A stretch of DNA of 33,046 nucleotides from Octopus sinensis. Its lineage: Eukaryota. The notes under the pieces were generated by a model. It was given only the letters and a program-made list of their open reading frames with translations. It ran no database searches and was not told where the DNA came from. Made by a program: the position numbers and the translations under genes. Of the stretch, positions 13,181-25,272 are shown piece by piece (position 1 is the first letter of the stretch; each line of letters starts with the position of its first letter). The stretch spans positions 1 to 33,046 of the forward strand of contig NW_021832722.1 in NCBI RefSeq assembly GCF_006345805.1. Direction: 5' to 3'.

Positions 13181-13576
13181 TTCTTTTCTACTCAAGGGAC
13201 AAGGCCGGAAATTTTGGGGGAGGGGGACCAGTCGATTAGATCGAACCCAGTACACAACTGGTACTTAATTTATCGTCCACGAAAGGATGAAAGGCAATGT
13301 TGACCTCGGCGGAATTTGAACTCAGAACGTAACAGCAAACGAAATACCTATTTCTTTACTACCCACAGGGGGCTAAACACAGAGGGGACAAACAAGGGAC
13401 AGACACACGGATTAAGTCGATTATATCGACCCAGTGCGTAACTGGTACTTAATTTATCGACCCCGAAAGGATGAAAGGCAATGTTGACCTCGGCGGAATT
13501 TGAACTCAGAACGTAGCGGCAGACAAAATACAGTTAAGCGTTTCGCCCGGCATGCTAACGTTTCTGCCAGCTCGCC
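13181..13576 (-). mobile_element. Family A SINE, two-domain form
   Basis: Head, domain, tail 1, domain, tail 2; same order as 6866-7768 with one unit. Confidence 0.9.
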
Positions 13577-13723
13577 GCCTTAAAGCAGTAAACATTAAAA
13601 TTCAACTGATTTTGATATTGTTCTCTGGGAAGGCACCTTGGGCGCCTCTTACTTTGGGCTTCGAGCCGAGTTTGTGAGTTGATTTCGAAGCCTGTCTCGT
13701 TTATATATATGTGTGTGTAAATG

Positions 13724-13936
13724 GGCGACGAGATGGCAGAAACTTTAGCACGCCGAGCGAAATGCTTAGCTGTATTTCGTCTGCCGTTGCGTTCTGAGTT
13801 CAAATTCCGCCGAGGTCGACTTTGCCTTTCATCCTTTCGGGGATCGATAAATTAAATACCAGTTACGCACTGGGGTCGATATAATCGACTAATCCGTTTG
13901 TCTGTCCTTGTTTGTCCCCTCTGTGAGTAGCCCTTT
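13724..13936 (+). mobile_element. Family A SINE, single domain, 3'-truncated
   Basis: Colinear with 6866-7080. Confidence 0.88.
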
Positions 13937-15079
13937 GTTCAAGTTGTTTCTTGAAAACATCTCCCACTCTATGGAGGCCCCTCAGATGTTTTGACCAGGA
14001 GTTCAATAGCTGTGAGCGCTTGAATTCCAAGCTATTGCTGTACATGGTCCTCGCCTTAGATGACACAACTTATATATAGATTATTAAGGTGGCTATTCGC
14101 AGTTTACAACCGAAAGGCAACAGGTATAGTCGTCACATGTGTGTGTTTGGGTGTATATTATAAATATGCTATATATTATACGTGTGTATATGCTATATAT
14201 TATATTGTGTGTATATGCTATATATTATACGTAACATGTATAGATATCTACATACGCCAGTTAACGTAAAAAAAGGGTCTACCTAGTTACTCCCTTTAAA
14301 AAATGGCATACTTTAAAAAGGGACATAGAAGGATACAGTGAGGGAGTGGTCATTGATGGATTGCTTTTGATTGATCAAGAGTTACCTAGGGCTAAATAAC
14401 AGCATCTACACATACACACGCATGCACACACATTCCTATACATGCACGCGCACACACATCTTTCGCACCTCATACTCGTCTAAACATAACTATTCACACA
14501 TTACACATCCACACACATATAACCACATATAGACACATTTATTTTGATGCAAACGCCTATACAAACACACCTAAGTATACACGCACACAAACGTAGACAC
14601 ACATATACACACGCATACATAGTCATCTTCAAAACCTTTTACACATTCACACATATCTACACCTCCATACATAAGTACACTTTGTCACACTTCCTGCCGT
14701 ACACAGCAATCCGCACCCCTACACGCACACAAACACATACACATAACAACATACATATACATATATACATATATATATATACATATATACATATATATAT
14801 ATACATATATATATATACACACACACACACAACAACGTGTCTTCAGCGTTGATACAATCTGGCATTGAAGTGTGAGATGTGTATTCGTGTGTTGGTGCGC
14901 GTGTGAGTATATGTGTGTATATATGTGTGTATATATGCACATACATGAATGCATGCGTGTAGAAGTATGTGCTTGTGTGGGTGTGTGTGTGTGTACATAT
15001 ACGAGTTCATATGTGTATACGCGTGTGTGTATGTGTATGTGAGTGCTTTTGTGTGTATGTGAGTGCATGTTTACATTAG

Positions 15080-15780
15080 ACGTGGAAAAGGATAAGGTGT
15101 GTTAGAATTGGATGGGAGAGAGGGGGAGGTGTGAGGCTGGAGAGGATAAAGGTTTAGCGAAAGAAGGAGGGGAAGTGGAGAGGTTGGTAGGTAGAGACGA
15201 AGAGGAAAGAAATGAGGAAAGAAGCATGGCGAAGAAGGGAGAGAGAGGGAGGTGGGAAAAGAAAAGGGAGAGTTGAAGAAGAAAAGTAACAGAAAGAGAG
15301 AGAGGAAGGAAGAGGGAGGTGAAAAGGAGAGAGAGAAGGAGGGAGAGAAAGAGACAAAGAATACAGCTAGATAAATTAGAGAGTGGGGGAAGAGGAGGGT
15401 GAGATGAAGGAGAGACGAAGAGGAAGGAGAAGGGAGGGGGAAGAGAGTTGGAGAGAAAGGAGAGAGTAAGATGATGGAGAAAGGAAGAGTTAAAGGGTTC
15501 ATGGAAAAAGAAACGAAAGAGGAGTAGGAGGAGGAAGAGGAAATATGGAAAGAGGTAAAAAAAATGGGTGGAGGGGGAAATAGTGAAGGAGAGTTAAAGT
15601 GTTACTGAAGAGAAAGGAGAGATGGTGAAGAAGAAGAAAGAAGAAGAAGAAGAAGAAGAAGAAGAAGATGGAGGATGGAAGAGGAGGGGTGGAGGGTTAA
15701 AGAGTCAATAGTGTGAGAAAGGAGAGAGATGGAGGGGAAGAAGTCGTGGAGAGTGGAAGAGCTGCTGGAAAGTTAAAGAT
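15080..15780. repeat. Purine-rich low-complexity tract with (GAA)n
   Basis: Direct. Confidence 0.9.
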
Positions 15781-16406
15781 CAGTTAATTACAGTTTTATT
15801 AATCAGATTTATCTTCTAATCTTCTTGTTAACATTTCACACAAAACACTCTATTATGTTCTTCATATTGTTGTTGTTGTTGCTGTTGTTGTTGCTGTTGC
15901 AGTGGATGTTATGTCTTGCCAATAATAAATTGTTTCTTTCTTGTAACAGTGGTTGTTGTTGTTGTTGTGGTTGTTGTTGTTCTTGTTTGTATTTTTTCTC
16001 TTCTTCGTCTTCTTTCATCCTGTTCGCCTTCACACCAGCATTGCGCTATTTTCTCTCATGACTCAAATGTTTATAGGCTTACACAAACACAAACACACTC
16101 TTATATATGAACGCATGAACATCACCTACTCACACGCCGAATACATACTGGTGTAAATATGTGTGTGTGTGTGCGCGTGTGTGTGACCATCCCCAAGTAT
16201 AACAACACATACATATATACACACACAAACATATGTATAACAATAACTATATATATATATATATATATATTTAGTTCCATGTAAATGTTTCATCGTATCT
16301 TCAATTTTTTCTATATGGTATGATTTAAGTATATCATTGTTGAATTGCTACATGGTGGTTCTTCTCTAATTTATATACATGTATTATATATATATATATA
16401 TATATA

Positions 16407-16852
16407 CTAGCAGTATCGCCCGGCGTTGCTCGGGTTTGAAAGGGAAATAACTATATAAGCATTTTTAGAGAGTTACTTCCCTTATAGATGCCAATTCGGG
16501 CTTTCTTAGCCATTTCTGTTTTGGTGTCTTCAAGCCATGAAGTCGTTGTTCTAAAAGAACGCTTTACGACGTTGATTTCCTTACACTCCCTTCCCCACAG
16601 CTTCACGAGGGAGGGAAGAAGGGGGAGAAGCAAACAGGTGCAGGTGTGACCATGGACGCCAACTCCGCCGCCATCGACACACGAAAAATTATGCATTAAA
16701 AATCGTAGACTCATCGTAGACGCGCGCTAATACTCAGACGGGCTCGATATGAATCACGACTATAAGATACCCGAATTTGGTTAAACTGCACCGCAAAATG
16801 TGGGAGTAGTTAGGAATCTAAATCGAAGGGGACAGACACTTACACAACTACA

Positions 16853-16862
<10 letters not shown>
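16407..16862 (-). mobile_element. Non-autonomous Helitron (Lep1-like architecture)
   Basis: Minus strand ends with GC hairpin CCCGAGCAACGCCGGG (16419-16434), 8 nt, then CTAG (16407-16410); 5' end merges into (TA)n; no coding capacity. Confidence 0.75.
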
Positions 16863-16888
<26 letters not shown>

Positions 16889-16896
16889 CATATATC

Positions 16897-17204
16897 GTGG
16901 CACTCCGTTAGTCACGACGACGAGGGTTCCAGCTGATACGATCAACGGAATAGATTGCTCGCGAAATTAACGTGCAAGTGGCTGAGCACTCTACAGACAC
17001 AGATTCAGAGTGTGACAAGGGTGGTCTTTTGAAATACAGGTAAAACAGAAACATGAAGAAAGAGTGAGAGAAAGTTGTGGTGAAAGAATACAACAGGGTT
17101 CGTCACTAGATTTAGGTGTTTTCGCTCAAGAAATACTCATAAATGGAAACCGCGATCCTATGACCGTGAGTCCGCTGCCGTAACCACTGGGCCATTGCGC
17201 CTCC
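16897..17204 (-). mobile_element. Family C SINE with the family B tail, internally deleted
   Basis: Head matches 22455; tail matches 3098-3290. Confidence 0.85.
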
Positions 17205-17231
17205 ACGCACACACACACACACACACACACG

Positions 17232-17263
<32 letters not shown>

Positions 17264-17270
<7 letters not shown>

Positions 17271-17454
17271 TAGAAGAAATGAGGTAATCAGAAGATCGGA
17301 TGGTTTATATTTACAGATATTTATATATATATTACATTTTTTACATATATATCATATCATGATATGATATATATGTAAAAAATGTAATATATAAAAAATA
17401 TCTGCAAATATAAACTATCCGATCTTCTGATTACCTCATTTCTTCTAATATATA
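17264..17454. repeat. 191-bp spacerless palindrome
   Basis: Centre 17359/17360; about four differences between arms. Confidence 0.95.
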
Positions 17455-17507
17455 ATACCTGTACATCATCTCCAAACCTTCTAATATATATATATATATA
17501 TATATAT

Positions 17508-18255
17508 AGAATAAAGAAAACAAGTGATCAAATGTTATATTTAATTGAAATTTAATCATCAACGTACTTTCCCTGGTTATCTATGACTTCCTTCTATCTG
17601 TTTACAAGCTTTTTAATCCCATCAATGTAAAACTCTTTTGGTTTCAAAGCGAAGAACTCTGAAATGTCAGCTTCAACCTCCTCCTGGCTTGCAAAAGTTA
17701 TGTCCCCCAAATGATTCGGTAAACTATGAAACAAATGGTAGTCTGAAGGAGAAAGGCTGGGAGGATACGGTGGATGAGACATTTTTTCCCAACCAAGCTC
17801 TTCGATCTTCTGTGATGTGATCTTTGCAGTGTGAAGTCGCACATTGTCCTGATGAAACATCACTCCTTTTTGATTCACTAAAGCGGGTCTTTTTTTCTTC
17901 AAAGTTTGGTTCAAACGCTCTGATTGTTGACAGTAGACTTGAGCATTAATTGTTGCATTAGGTGATAACAATTCAAAGTGAATTATTCCTTTGCAATCCC
18001 ACCAGATAGAGAGAAGAACCTTTTTCCCCATGAAGTTCCCTTCTCGGTTATGGTTGAGCTTTTTCCCTTTTACCAAGCCCCTGTTTACGACGTTTAACAT
18101 TTCGATAGAAGATCCATTTTTCGTCACCAGTCACAAGTCTATCCAAAAAGGGGGAAATGAGTTCGCGAAAATGGAGAGAAGAGCAGATGTCAACTCAGGA
18201 TCTACGGTTGCTTTAGGACAATTCCTGGGGCACCCTTTTTCCAAGTCCTTGTTTG
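17508..18255 (-). mobile_element. Mariner transposase pseudogene fragment (DD34D)
   Basis: Minus strand: RVPQEL (WVPHEL-like), FLDRLVTGDEKW, then after a frameshift KVLLSIWWDCKG...FHQDN-34 aa-SPSDYHLF; in-frame stops present. Confidence 0.95.
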
Positions 18256-18394
18256 TAATTACACACACACACACACACACGCACACACACGCGCGCGCGC
18301 GCACGCACACACACGCACACACACACACACACGCATGTACATATGTATGTATATGGGTGTGTACATATGCATGTATGTACATATCTATGCGTGT

Positions 18395-18602
18395 GTTTGT
18401 GTTTGTCTCCCAGCATCGCTTAACAACCGCTGTTGGTTTCTTTACGTCTCCATAACGTGGCGGCTCGACAAAAGTACCAGATAGAATAAGTACAAGGCTG
18501 GAAAGAAAATAAATACGCCGTTGATTTGTCAGATTAGACTTTACAAGGCATTGCCCCAGCATGGCCGCAACCCAATGAATGAAGCAAGCAAAAGATAAAA
18601 TA
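18395..18602 (+). mobile_element. Diverged family D SINE tail
   Basis: Similar to 31840-32012. Confidence 0.7.
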
Positions 18603-18995
18603 TAAATGGCGAATATAAGGAAATAAACTGCACTGAGCTAAAATGAAAAATAATCGTTAATGATCGGCAATAATCGTTAATAATCGGCAATCCATATGAT
18701 TTCATAAATGTGTGTGTGTCTGTCTGTTTGTCAATCTGTGCATGATGGTGGTATTAAAGTCCTTCATTCTTAATGAAAGTGTAAGGCAGCCATCGTACCA
18801 CACGGCGTATCTCGCGCCTTTTAATCGTTGCAGCTTCTTCATTTCACTTCATCCACCATCTTATATGTGCAAATTTCGAAATTTCACTTAATTGTTTAAG
18901 CATATCGCTTTAAAAAAAAAAGTTCATTGCTTCTTGTTTTCTTTCATCTCCTTCGCCTCTTTCGCTTCCTTTACATACCCGCACACACTTATATA

Positions 18996-19058
<63 letters not shown>

Positions 19059-19829
19059 TCACACACACACATACATACATATATACTATACTTAAAATAT
19101 ATTACATAACATCAATTTACACACATATATATGTATGTATGTATATCTATATGCAGTATAAACATGTCTTACATGAAAAAACGTTGTCTATAATGTGAGA
19201 TGTTGCTTCATATAGTCCCACGTTATCTCGTGTCAAGCCTCGTTAACAATCTCATACTTATCACAAATTATCTCCGATTACATTTAATGACAGCTTGGTA
19301 TACATTCCTGTTATAATCTCGTCTTATCTCGTTTAAACACGCGTTATCACGTATTGTACTAGATCATCCTGGCTAATTTAAACTCGCCCGATTTCAGCAA
19401 CTAATAAAATACTAATAAAATATCCACAATGAATGCAACTGTTTATAAAACCTTGTTGTTGCTGTTGTTGCTGCTGTTGTTTTTTATCTCTTTTTTTTAT
19501 TTTCCACCGAAACTAAGTTATTTTCAGAATCTATTTTTAATTCTCACCTTTTACAAAAATAATCAGTAATAGAGAAGAAAAAAATGGTAAAAACAGGAAC
19601 AAAAGATAAAACAGAAGAAATCAATAAATGAACAAAATACGGTGACATGCGTACTCACTCAATTGCATATTTTTTGGCTCGTATTTTCTTCGCTATATTT
19701 TTATTTAATCTTGTATATTACTTCGAGATCTTTTGTTTTTTGTTGTCTTTTGGTGTTTTTTCCGATAATTGAAATTACAATTATAACCGTGTCAAAAATA
19801 ATTCTCACTACTTCAAATAATTTTTTTTT

Positions 19830-20069
19830 CTCTGACAGGCATAAGGCCCCACATTTTGAAGGATAGGAGAGATGAAAAGGGTACAGTTGATTATATCAAT
19901 ACTGCCAGTGTTTCGTTGGTACCTTATTTTCTTGAATTCAGAGAGACTACAAGATAATTCTTGTACGATTTTTTTAAAAACTCAGAACATGAAGCGGGGT
20001 AGCTTAACGCCATATGCCATTCTTTTCAGTGATCTACCGATTCTTTTTACCCTAGCACCACTTGCCCAA

Positions 20070-20119
<50 letters not shown>

Positions 20120-20250
20120 GATATATTGGTTTCTATCGATTCTTGTATTAGTTTGCTACTTTACTTTATCGACCGACCCCGTGAGGATAAACCATAAATT
20201 TGACCCCAGCAGCATTTGAACTCAAAACGCAAAGAGTCGGAGTTTCTTCT
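19830..20250 (-). mobile_element. Two highly decayed family A-like SINE fragments around a (CT)n run
   Basis: Residual GGCATAAGGCC, TTGGTACCTTATTTT, TTTATCGACC and ATTTGAACTCA motifs. Confidence 0.45.
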
Positions 20251-20720
20251 GAGACATTAAAAACAATAACATTCAACAGATGAACCGATGCAGGCGCCAT
20301 TATTTGGTCGTTCGTCAGGTTAGAAATAACAACCAAATTTTCCTCAATTTACATTAAGCTGTAGATATCACATTTCTCCCTTTTCCTGTTGCTTAATTGG
20401 GATTGCTACTTTAGCTTTATCTATAAACTGTTTTACTATGTGTTAAAGAGGCATTCGCTCTGGGGCAATTCAACCTGCTCCAAATAGCAGCCAAATCTCC
20501 TTCAAATAATACTCCATTGTATTGGATAGGAAAATGTAGATAATGTAATCTTGACCTACATGCACCCCTTGATGAGATGGTCACGGCTGAAATGATCATG
20601 AATAACAAGGGGTTAAACAGCTTCAGCAATAACACCTGCTCCAAACGAAATTTTTTTGTTATACTCCGCCATTCATCCTGCTTCCTGGATGTTGTTTCCG
20701 TTACGTCTTTCGGGCTTTAC

Positions 20721-20800
20721 TCATGATTACGATTTTGCTGACATTCTTTGTGCAGCTGTAACTAACTTTGACGTTGTTCTTGTTAATGTTCTTGTTGTTA
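20721..20800 (-). mobile_element. Small PLE ORF remnant (RT-to-GIY-YIG linker)
   Basis: Minus translation NKNINKNNVKVSYSCTKNVSKIVIM resembles the PLE linker motif FN.N..K.SYSC..N...II; boundaries unclear. Confidence 0.5.
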
Positions 20801-21219
20801 CTAGGGTCTTGTCGCTGTTCGAGATGGTGGTGGTGGTGTAGATACCTTTACACTGACACTGCCAATTTTAAGATTACTGGGTGAACATTTTGGATAATTG
20901 ATTAGCAATAAATTAAAGGAGGTGATGAGGAAAACTATTTTGGAGAGATTTTCCATCAGCAGGTGGATATGGCGATGTGTGTGTCTATTTGTATGCATTT
21001 CTTTATCTTCATACCTATCTCTACATGTGTGTGTATGTATATATATATATATATACATACACACATATATATATTGTATAAATGTATGTGTATGCATATA
21101 TATACATATATATAACATATGTGTGTGAGTATTATATACATTATATATACTTACAGACACATATATTTATGTTTCTCTATCTACCTGTATATATATATAT
21201 ACTTATATATATATATATA

Positions 21220-21272
<53 letters not shown>

Positions 21273-21316
21273 ATTTATAAATATATATATATATGTATAT
21301 ATGTAGACAGACGTAC

Positions 21317-21377
21317 ACGTAGATAAATCCCCGCCTCTATCTGTTGGTGGTGTGTTTATGCGAAACAGCTGTGTAAT
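21317..21377 (-). CDS. Candidate exon D of an unidentified gene (ITQLFRINTPPTDRGGDLST)
   Basis: Acceptor TTGGTTTTCCTTCTCGTTTCACAG, donor GTACGT, one open frame; no homology recognised. Confidence 0.35.
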
Positions 21378-21723
21378 CTGTGAAACGAGAAGGAAAACCA
21401 ATCTCCAAGACTTTACCATTTCTATCTATTTATTCATTAATTCTTATGAAATGTTAACCATGGCAAATATAGTCTGAGAGAGAGGGAGAGGGTGTGGGCA
21501 TAGCATGTGATGTTGAAGGAAGTGGTGAAAGGAGGAGGGGAGTTAGAGTGTGGGGAGAGAGAGAGACTGGGAGAAAGAGAATGTGTTAGAAAGATGTGCT
21601 TAATGTTGATATTTTAATATATAAAAAAACGTATGCGTGCGTGTGTTCATGGGTGTACTATGCATTTGTGTGTGCGTATTCATATGTTCGTATATATATA
21701 TGTTGATATATATATATATATAT

Positions 21724-22140
21724 TACTCTTTACTCTTTTACTCTTTTACACGTTTCAGTCATTTGACTGCGGCCATGCTGGGGCACCGCCTTTAGTCGAG
21801 CAACTCGACCCCGGGACTTATTCTTAGTAAGCCCAATACTTATTCTATCGGTCTCTTTTGCCGAACGGCTAAGTGACGGGGACGTAAACACACCAGCATC
21901 GGTTGTCAAGCAATGCTAGGGGGACAAACACAGACACACAAACACATACACATACATACACATATATATACATATATACGACAGGCTTCTTTCAGTTTCC
22001 GTCTACCAAATCCACTCACAAGGCATTGGTCGGCCCGGAGCTATAGCAGAAGACACTTGCCCAAGGTGCCACGCAGTGGGACTGAACCCGGAACCATGCG
22101 GTTGGCTAGCAAGCTACTTACCACACAGCCACTCCTGCGC
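21724..22140 (-). mobile_element. Full-length family D (CORE-like) SINE
   Basis: Head GCAGGAGTGGCTGTGTGGTAAG...GGTTCAGTCCC, CCTTGGGCAAGTGTCTTCT, internal microsatellite, tail ending in (GTAAAAGA)n. Confidence 0.9.
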
Positions 22141-22252
22141 CTATATATATATATGTATGTATATATGCACAGCCACTCCTGCGCCTATATATATATATGT
22201 ATATATGCACACGCATTATATATACATATATATTCATATATATATGTATATA

Positions 22253-22440
22253 TACTCTTTTACTCTTTTATTTGTTTCAGTCATTTGACTGCGGTCATGC
22301 TGGGGCACCGTCTTTAGTCGAACAAATCGACCCCAGGACTTGTATCAGACTCTTTTGCCGAACCGCTAAGTTACGGGGACGTAAACACACCACCATCAGT
22401 TGTCAAACGATGGTTGAGGGACAACTACAGACTCACAAAT
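22253..22440 (-). mobile_element. Family D SINE tail
   Basis: Colinear with 21724-21930. Confidence 0.85.
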
Positions 22441-22454
22441 ACATACATACATGT

Positions 22455-22779
22455 GGAGGCGCAATGACCCAGTGGTAAGGGAAGCGGACTCGCAGTCGTA
22501 GGATCGCGGTTTCGATTCCCAGAAAACTCCACGAGCCTCCAGCAGAGGGTGGGTGGCGAACCTGCTGTATTCTTTCACCACAACTTTCTCTCACTCTTTG
22601 TTTCTGTTGTACCTGTATTTTAAAGGGTCAGCCTTGTCACACTGAATCTCCCCGAGAACTGCGTTAAGGGGACACGTGTCTGTGGAGTGCTCAGTTACTT
22701 GCACGTTATTTACACGAGCAGGCTGTTCCGATGATCGTATCAACTGGGACTTTCGTCGTCGTAACCGACGGAATGCCAC
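22455..22779 (+). mobile_element. Family C SINE with the family B tail
   Basis: GGAGGCGCAATGACCCAGTGG...GGTTTCGATTCCC head; tail ends GTCGTAACCGACGGAATGCCAC. Confidence 0.9.
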
Positions 22780-22844
22780 GACATATATATATATTCCTAG
22801 CTAATGTGTGTTATACCATCGACCAGTTGTTGTTCACAATTGTA

Positions 22845-23361
22845 TATAATTACCAACACAGGAACATGAATCATACATCAAAATGAAGCTGGTCCTCTGT
22901 GGATCACATTCCTACTTCTCAACATAATAATCACCGTTTTTCTCAATAGCAACGTTCCGCCTTCAAATGAGAGCATGTATCCCTGCCCCGTAAAATTCTG
23001 TTGATTGTTCTTTGAGACATTTCTTCACTACAGTTTTAACTTCCTCGTCACTGGAATAATGTTTGCCTCTCAAATCCTCTTTCGTGGTGCCGAAGAGATG
23101 ACAGTCTGAAGGCGCTAAATCTGGTGAGTGTGGAGGTAGTAAAGAAGTCGCTCAAAGAACAGTCAACAGAATTTTAAGGGGCAGGGATACATGCTCTCAT
23201 CCGAAGATGGAACATTGCTATTGAGAGAAACGGTGACTATGTTGAGAAGTAGGGATGTGATCCACAGAGGACCAGCTCCATTTTGTTGTATGATACATGT
23301 TCCTGCGTTGGTAATTATACCTGTCCTAAACAAAATGGCATTACTTTTTGACTCACCCTCG
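22845..23361. mobile_element. Mariner-derived fold-back element made of two transposase 3' ends
   Basis: Inverted arms 22845-23016 and 23151-23319. Minus strand gives PPHSPDLAPSDCHLF...KEQSTEFY...GDYYVEK*; plus arm gives LKEQSTEF*...RWNIAIERNGDYVEK*. Right end is TIR-like ...TTTTTGACTCACCCTCG followed by TA. Confidence 0.9.
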
Positions 23362-23584
23362 TATATATACATATATACTTACAGCTGTATGTATAACGCA
23401 CATATAGCCATAGCAGCACAGATGTGCATTTGCAAGTGTCTATAATGAGTAGATTGCACCATAACCAAACAATATATATTGCGCGGCTATAGAATTACTG
23501 CAGCACTATCGTCTGTTATTAAATGGTATTTATTTTTGCGAAAATGAAGAGAGTGACAAAGACCGGAGGGGGTGGGGTGGAGGA

Positions 23585-23620
<36 letters not shown>

Positions 23621-23878
23621 AAATGATAAAATACCAGAATTATTCTGGCAGATTAGCAATTCCTTAAACACCACCGCCGACTCTCTCACTGCGACCTCCA
23701 TCCATTGCCAACACCATCACCCCCCACCCATCATCATCATCATCATCATCACTGCAACTTCTGCCATCACCACCACCACCACCACTACCACCATTACCAA
23801 CTTCACCACTTCTCCAACCACAATAGCTATCACCACCGGCACTTCCACCACCACCACCACTACCAGAAACACTGCCAC

Positions 23879-23914
<36 letters not shown>

Positions 23915-24631
23915 TCATTTTAAAATTAGGAAACTAAAATGAAAACTTCGTAAGATAGCGAATGATGTGGATAGAATATAAATTAATTGTTTGAGAAAGT
24001 CGAACTTACAAGTTTCCCAGCTGGATATCGCGCTCGCGCGCGCATGTGTTTTGTGTATGTATGTATGTATGTATGTATGTGTATATAAGGATATATAATA
24101 TTTATATATCCTTATATATGTTTATGTGTGTATATATACGCAAATATATTTACTCATATCTATATATTATATATATATTTATATATATATACGCATATAC
24201 ACACACATGCTTATATATCTATATAAAAATATATTTACATATATGTGCGTGTTGTGTGTGTGTCTATATGTAAACACACATATATATACCTATATACATA
24301 CACAGAAGTGTGTAGGTAACTCTCTCTCTCTCTCTCGTATATATATATATATATATATAGATACATCGATAGATAGATCTTCATTCGTTGTCTGTAGGCA
24401 GGATTTGAACTCAAAGTACATAATGCTATAACTGTTACCGCGAGACATTGGTTGAATGTTAAGAAACAATTTGAAACACAGCTTATAAGGGACCATTTGT
24501 AGCAGGATTCGAACCACGTATCTCTCGCTCCTTACGTAACTGTATTCCTATTATATTATAGATCACCTGCCAATCTCATTCCCATCTCCCTATCTCTCTC
24601 TGTTTCTATTTCTCTCTTTCTCTTTCAAATT

Positions 24632-24740
24632 AGTTATTCCCTCCGCCATAACGAAGGCGGAGGTATTGTTTACAGTCGCCTTTCTTTGTTTGTACGTGGA
24701 CAAAATATCTAAAGAACCACTGGATAGATTCAGATGACTC
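24632..24740 (+). mobile_element. Possible Helentron/HINE-like terminal fragment
   Basis: CCTCCGCC-8 nt-GGCGGAGG hairpin (24640-24663) preceded by TTATT and followed by TATTGTTT, resembling DINE/HINE termini. Confidence 0.4.
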
Positions 24741-24829
24741 TTTCCTCGGCGGAATTTGAACTCAGAACATATCGGCAGACAGACATATAGACATATAGAC
24801 AGACAGACAGACAGACAGATAGACAAATA

Positions 24830-25272
24830 TTTTACCTTGTATTCTTTACTAGTTTCATCGATTGGACTGCGACCATGCTGGAGCATCGTCTTGAAGGACT
24901 TAGTCAAAAAAATCTACCCCAGGACTTAGTCAAACAAATCTACCCCAGGACTTATTTTTAAGCCGTCTACTTATTCTATCGGAGCTCTTTTGCCGAAACG
25001 CTTGGGTGTTGGGATATAAACGAACTAACAGCGGTCGTCAAGCGGTGGTTGGGACAAGCACAAAGATACACACACGCATACCCGCACACACGGATACGCG
25101 CACGCACACATACACACGCACACACGCACGCAGACAAGCACACACACACACAATATTTCCATTTTCTGAATTCATTCTCAAGGCATAAGATAATAGCCAA
25201 AGTGCCGCGCAAGGGGACTGAACCCGATATGTCGTAGTTGCAAAAGCAAGTTCCTTAACCACACAGCCATGC
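24830..25272 (-). mobile_element. Diverged family D SINE with 27-bp internal tandem duplication and expanded (CA)n
   Basis: Tail 24830-25065, head 25195-25272; GACTTAGTCAAA(A/C)AAATCTACCCCAG occurs twice. Confidence 0.8.

Noticed and set aside
13935-14066. ORF MSSKARTMYSNSLEFKRSQLLNSWSKHLRG
   Set aside because: No recognisable motif or donor; runs into a SINE.
18640-18900. 21-bp tandem duplication and possible DNA-transposon 5' fragment
   Set aside because: No TIR or coding motif could be confirmed.
23383-23440. Minus-strand 57-nt segment with GTAAGT donor
   Set aside because: All three frames open and the acceptor is modest, so it is uninformative.
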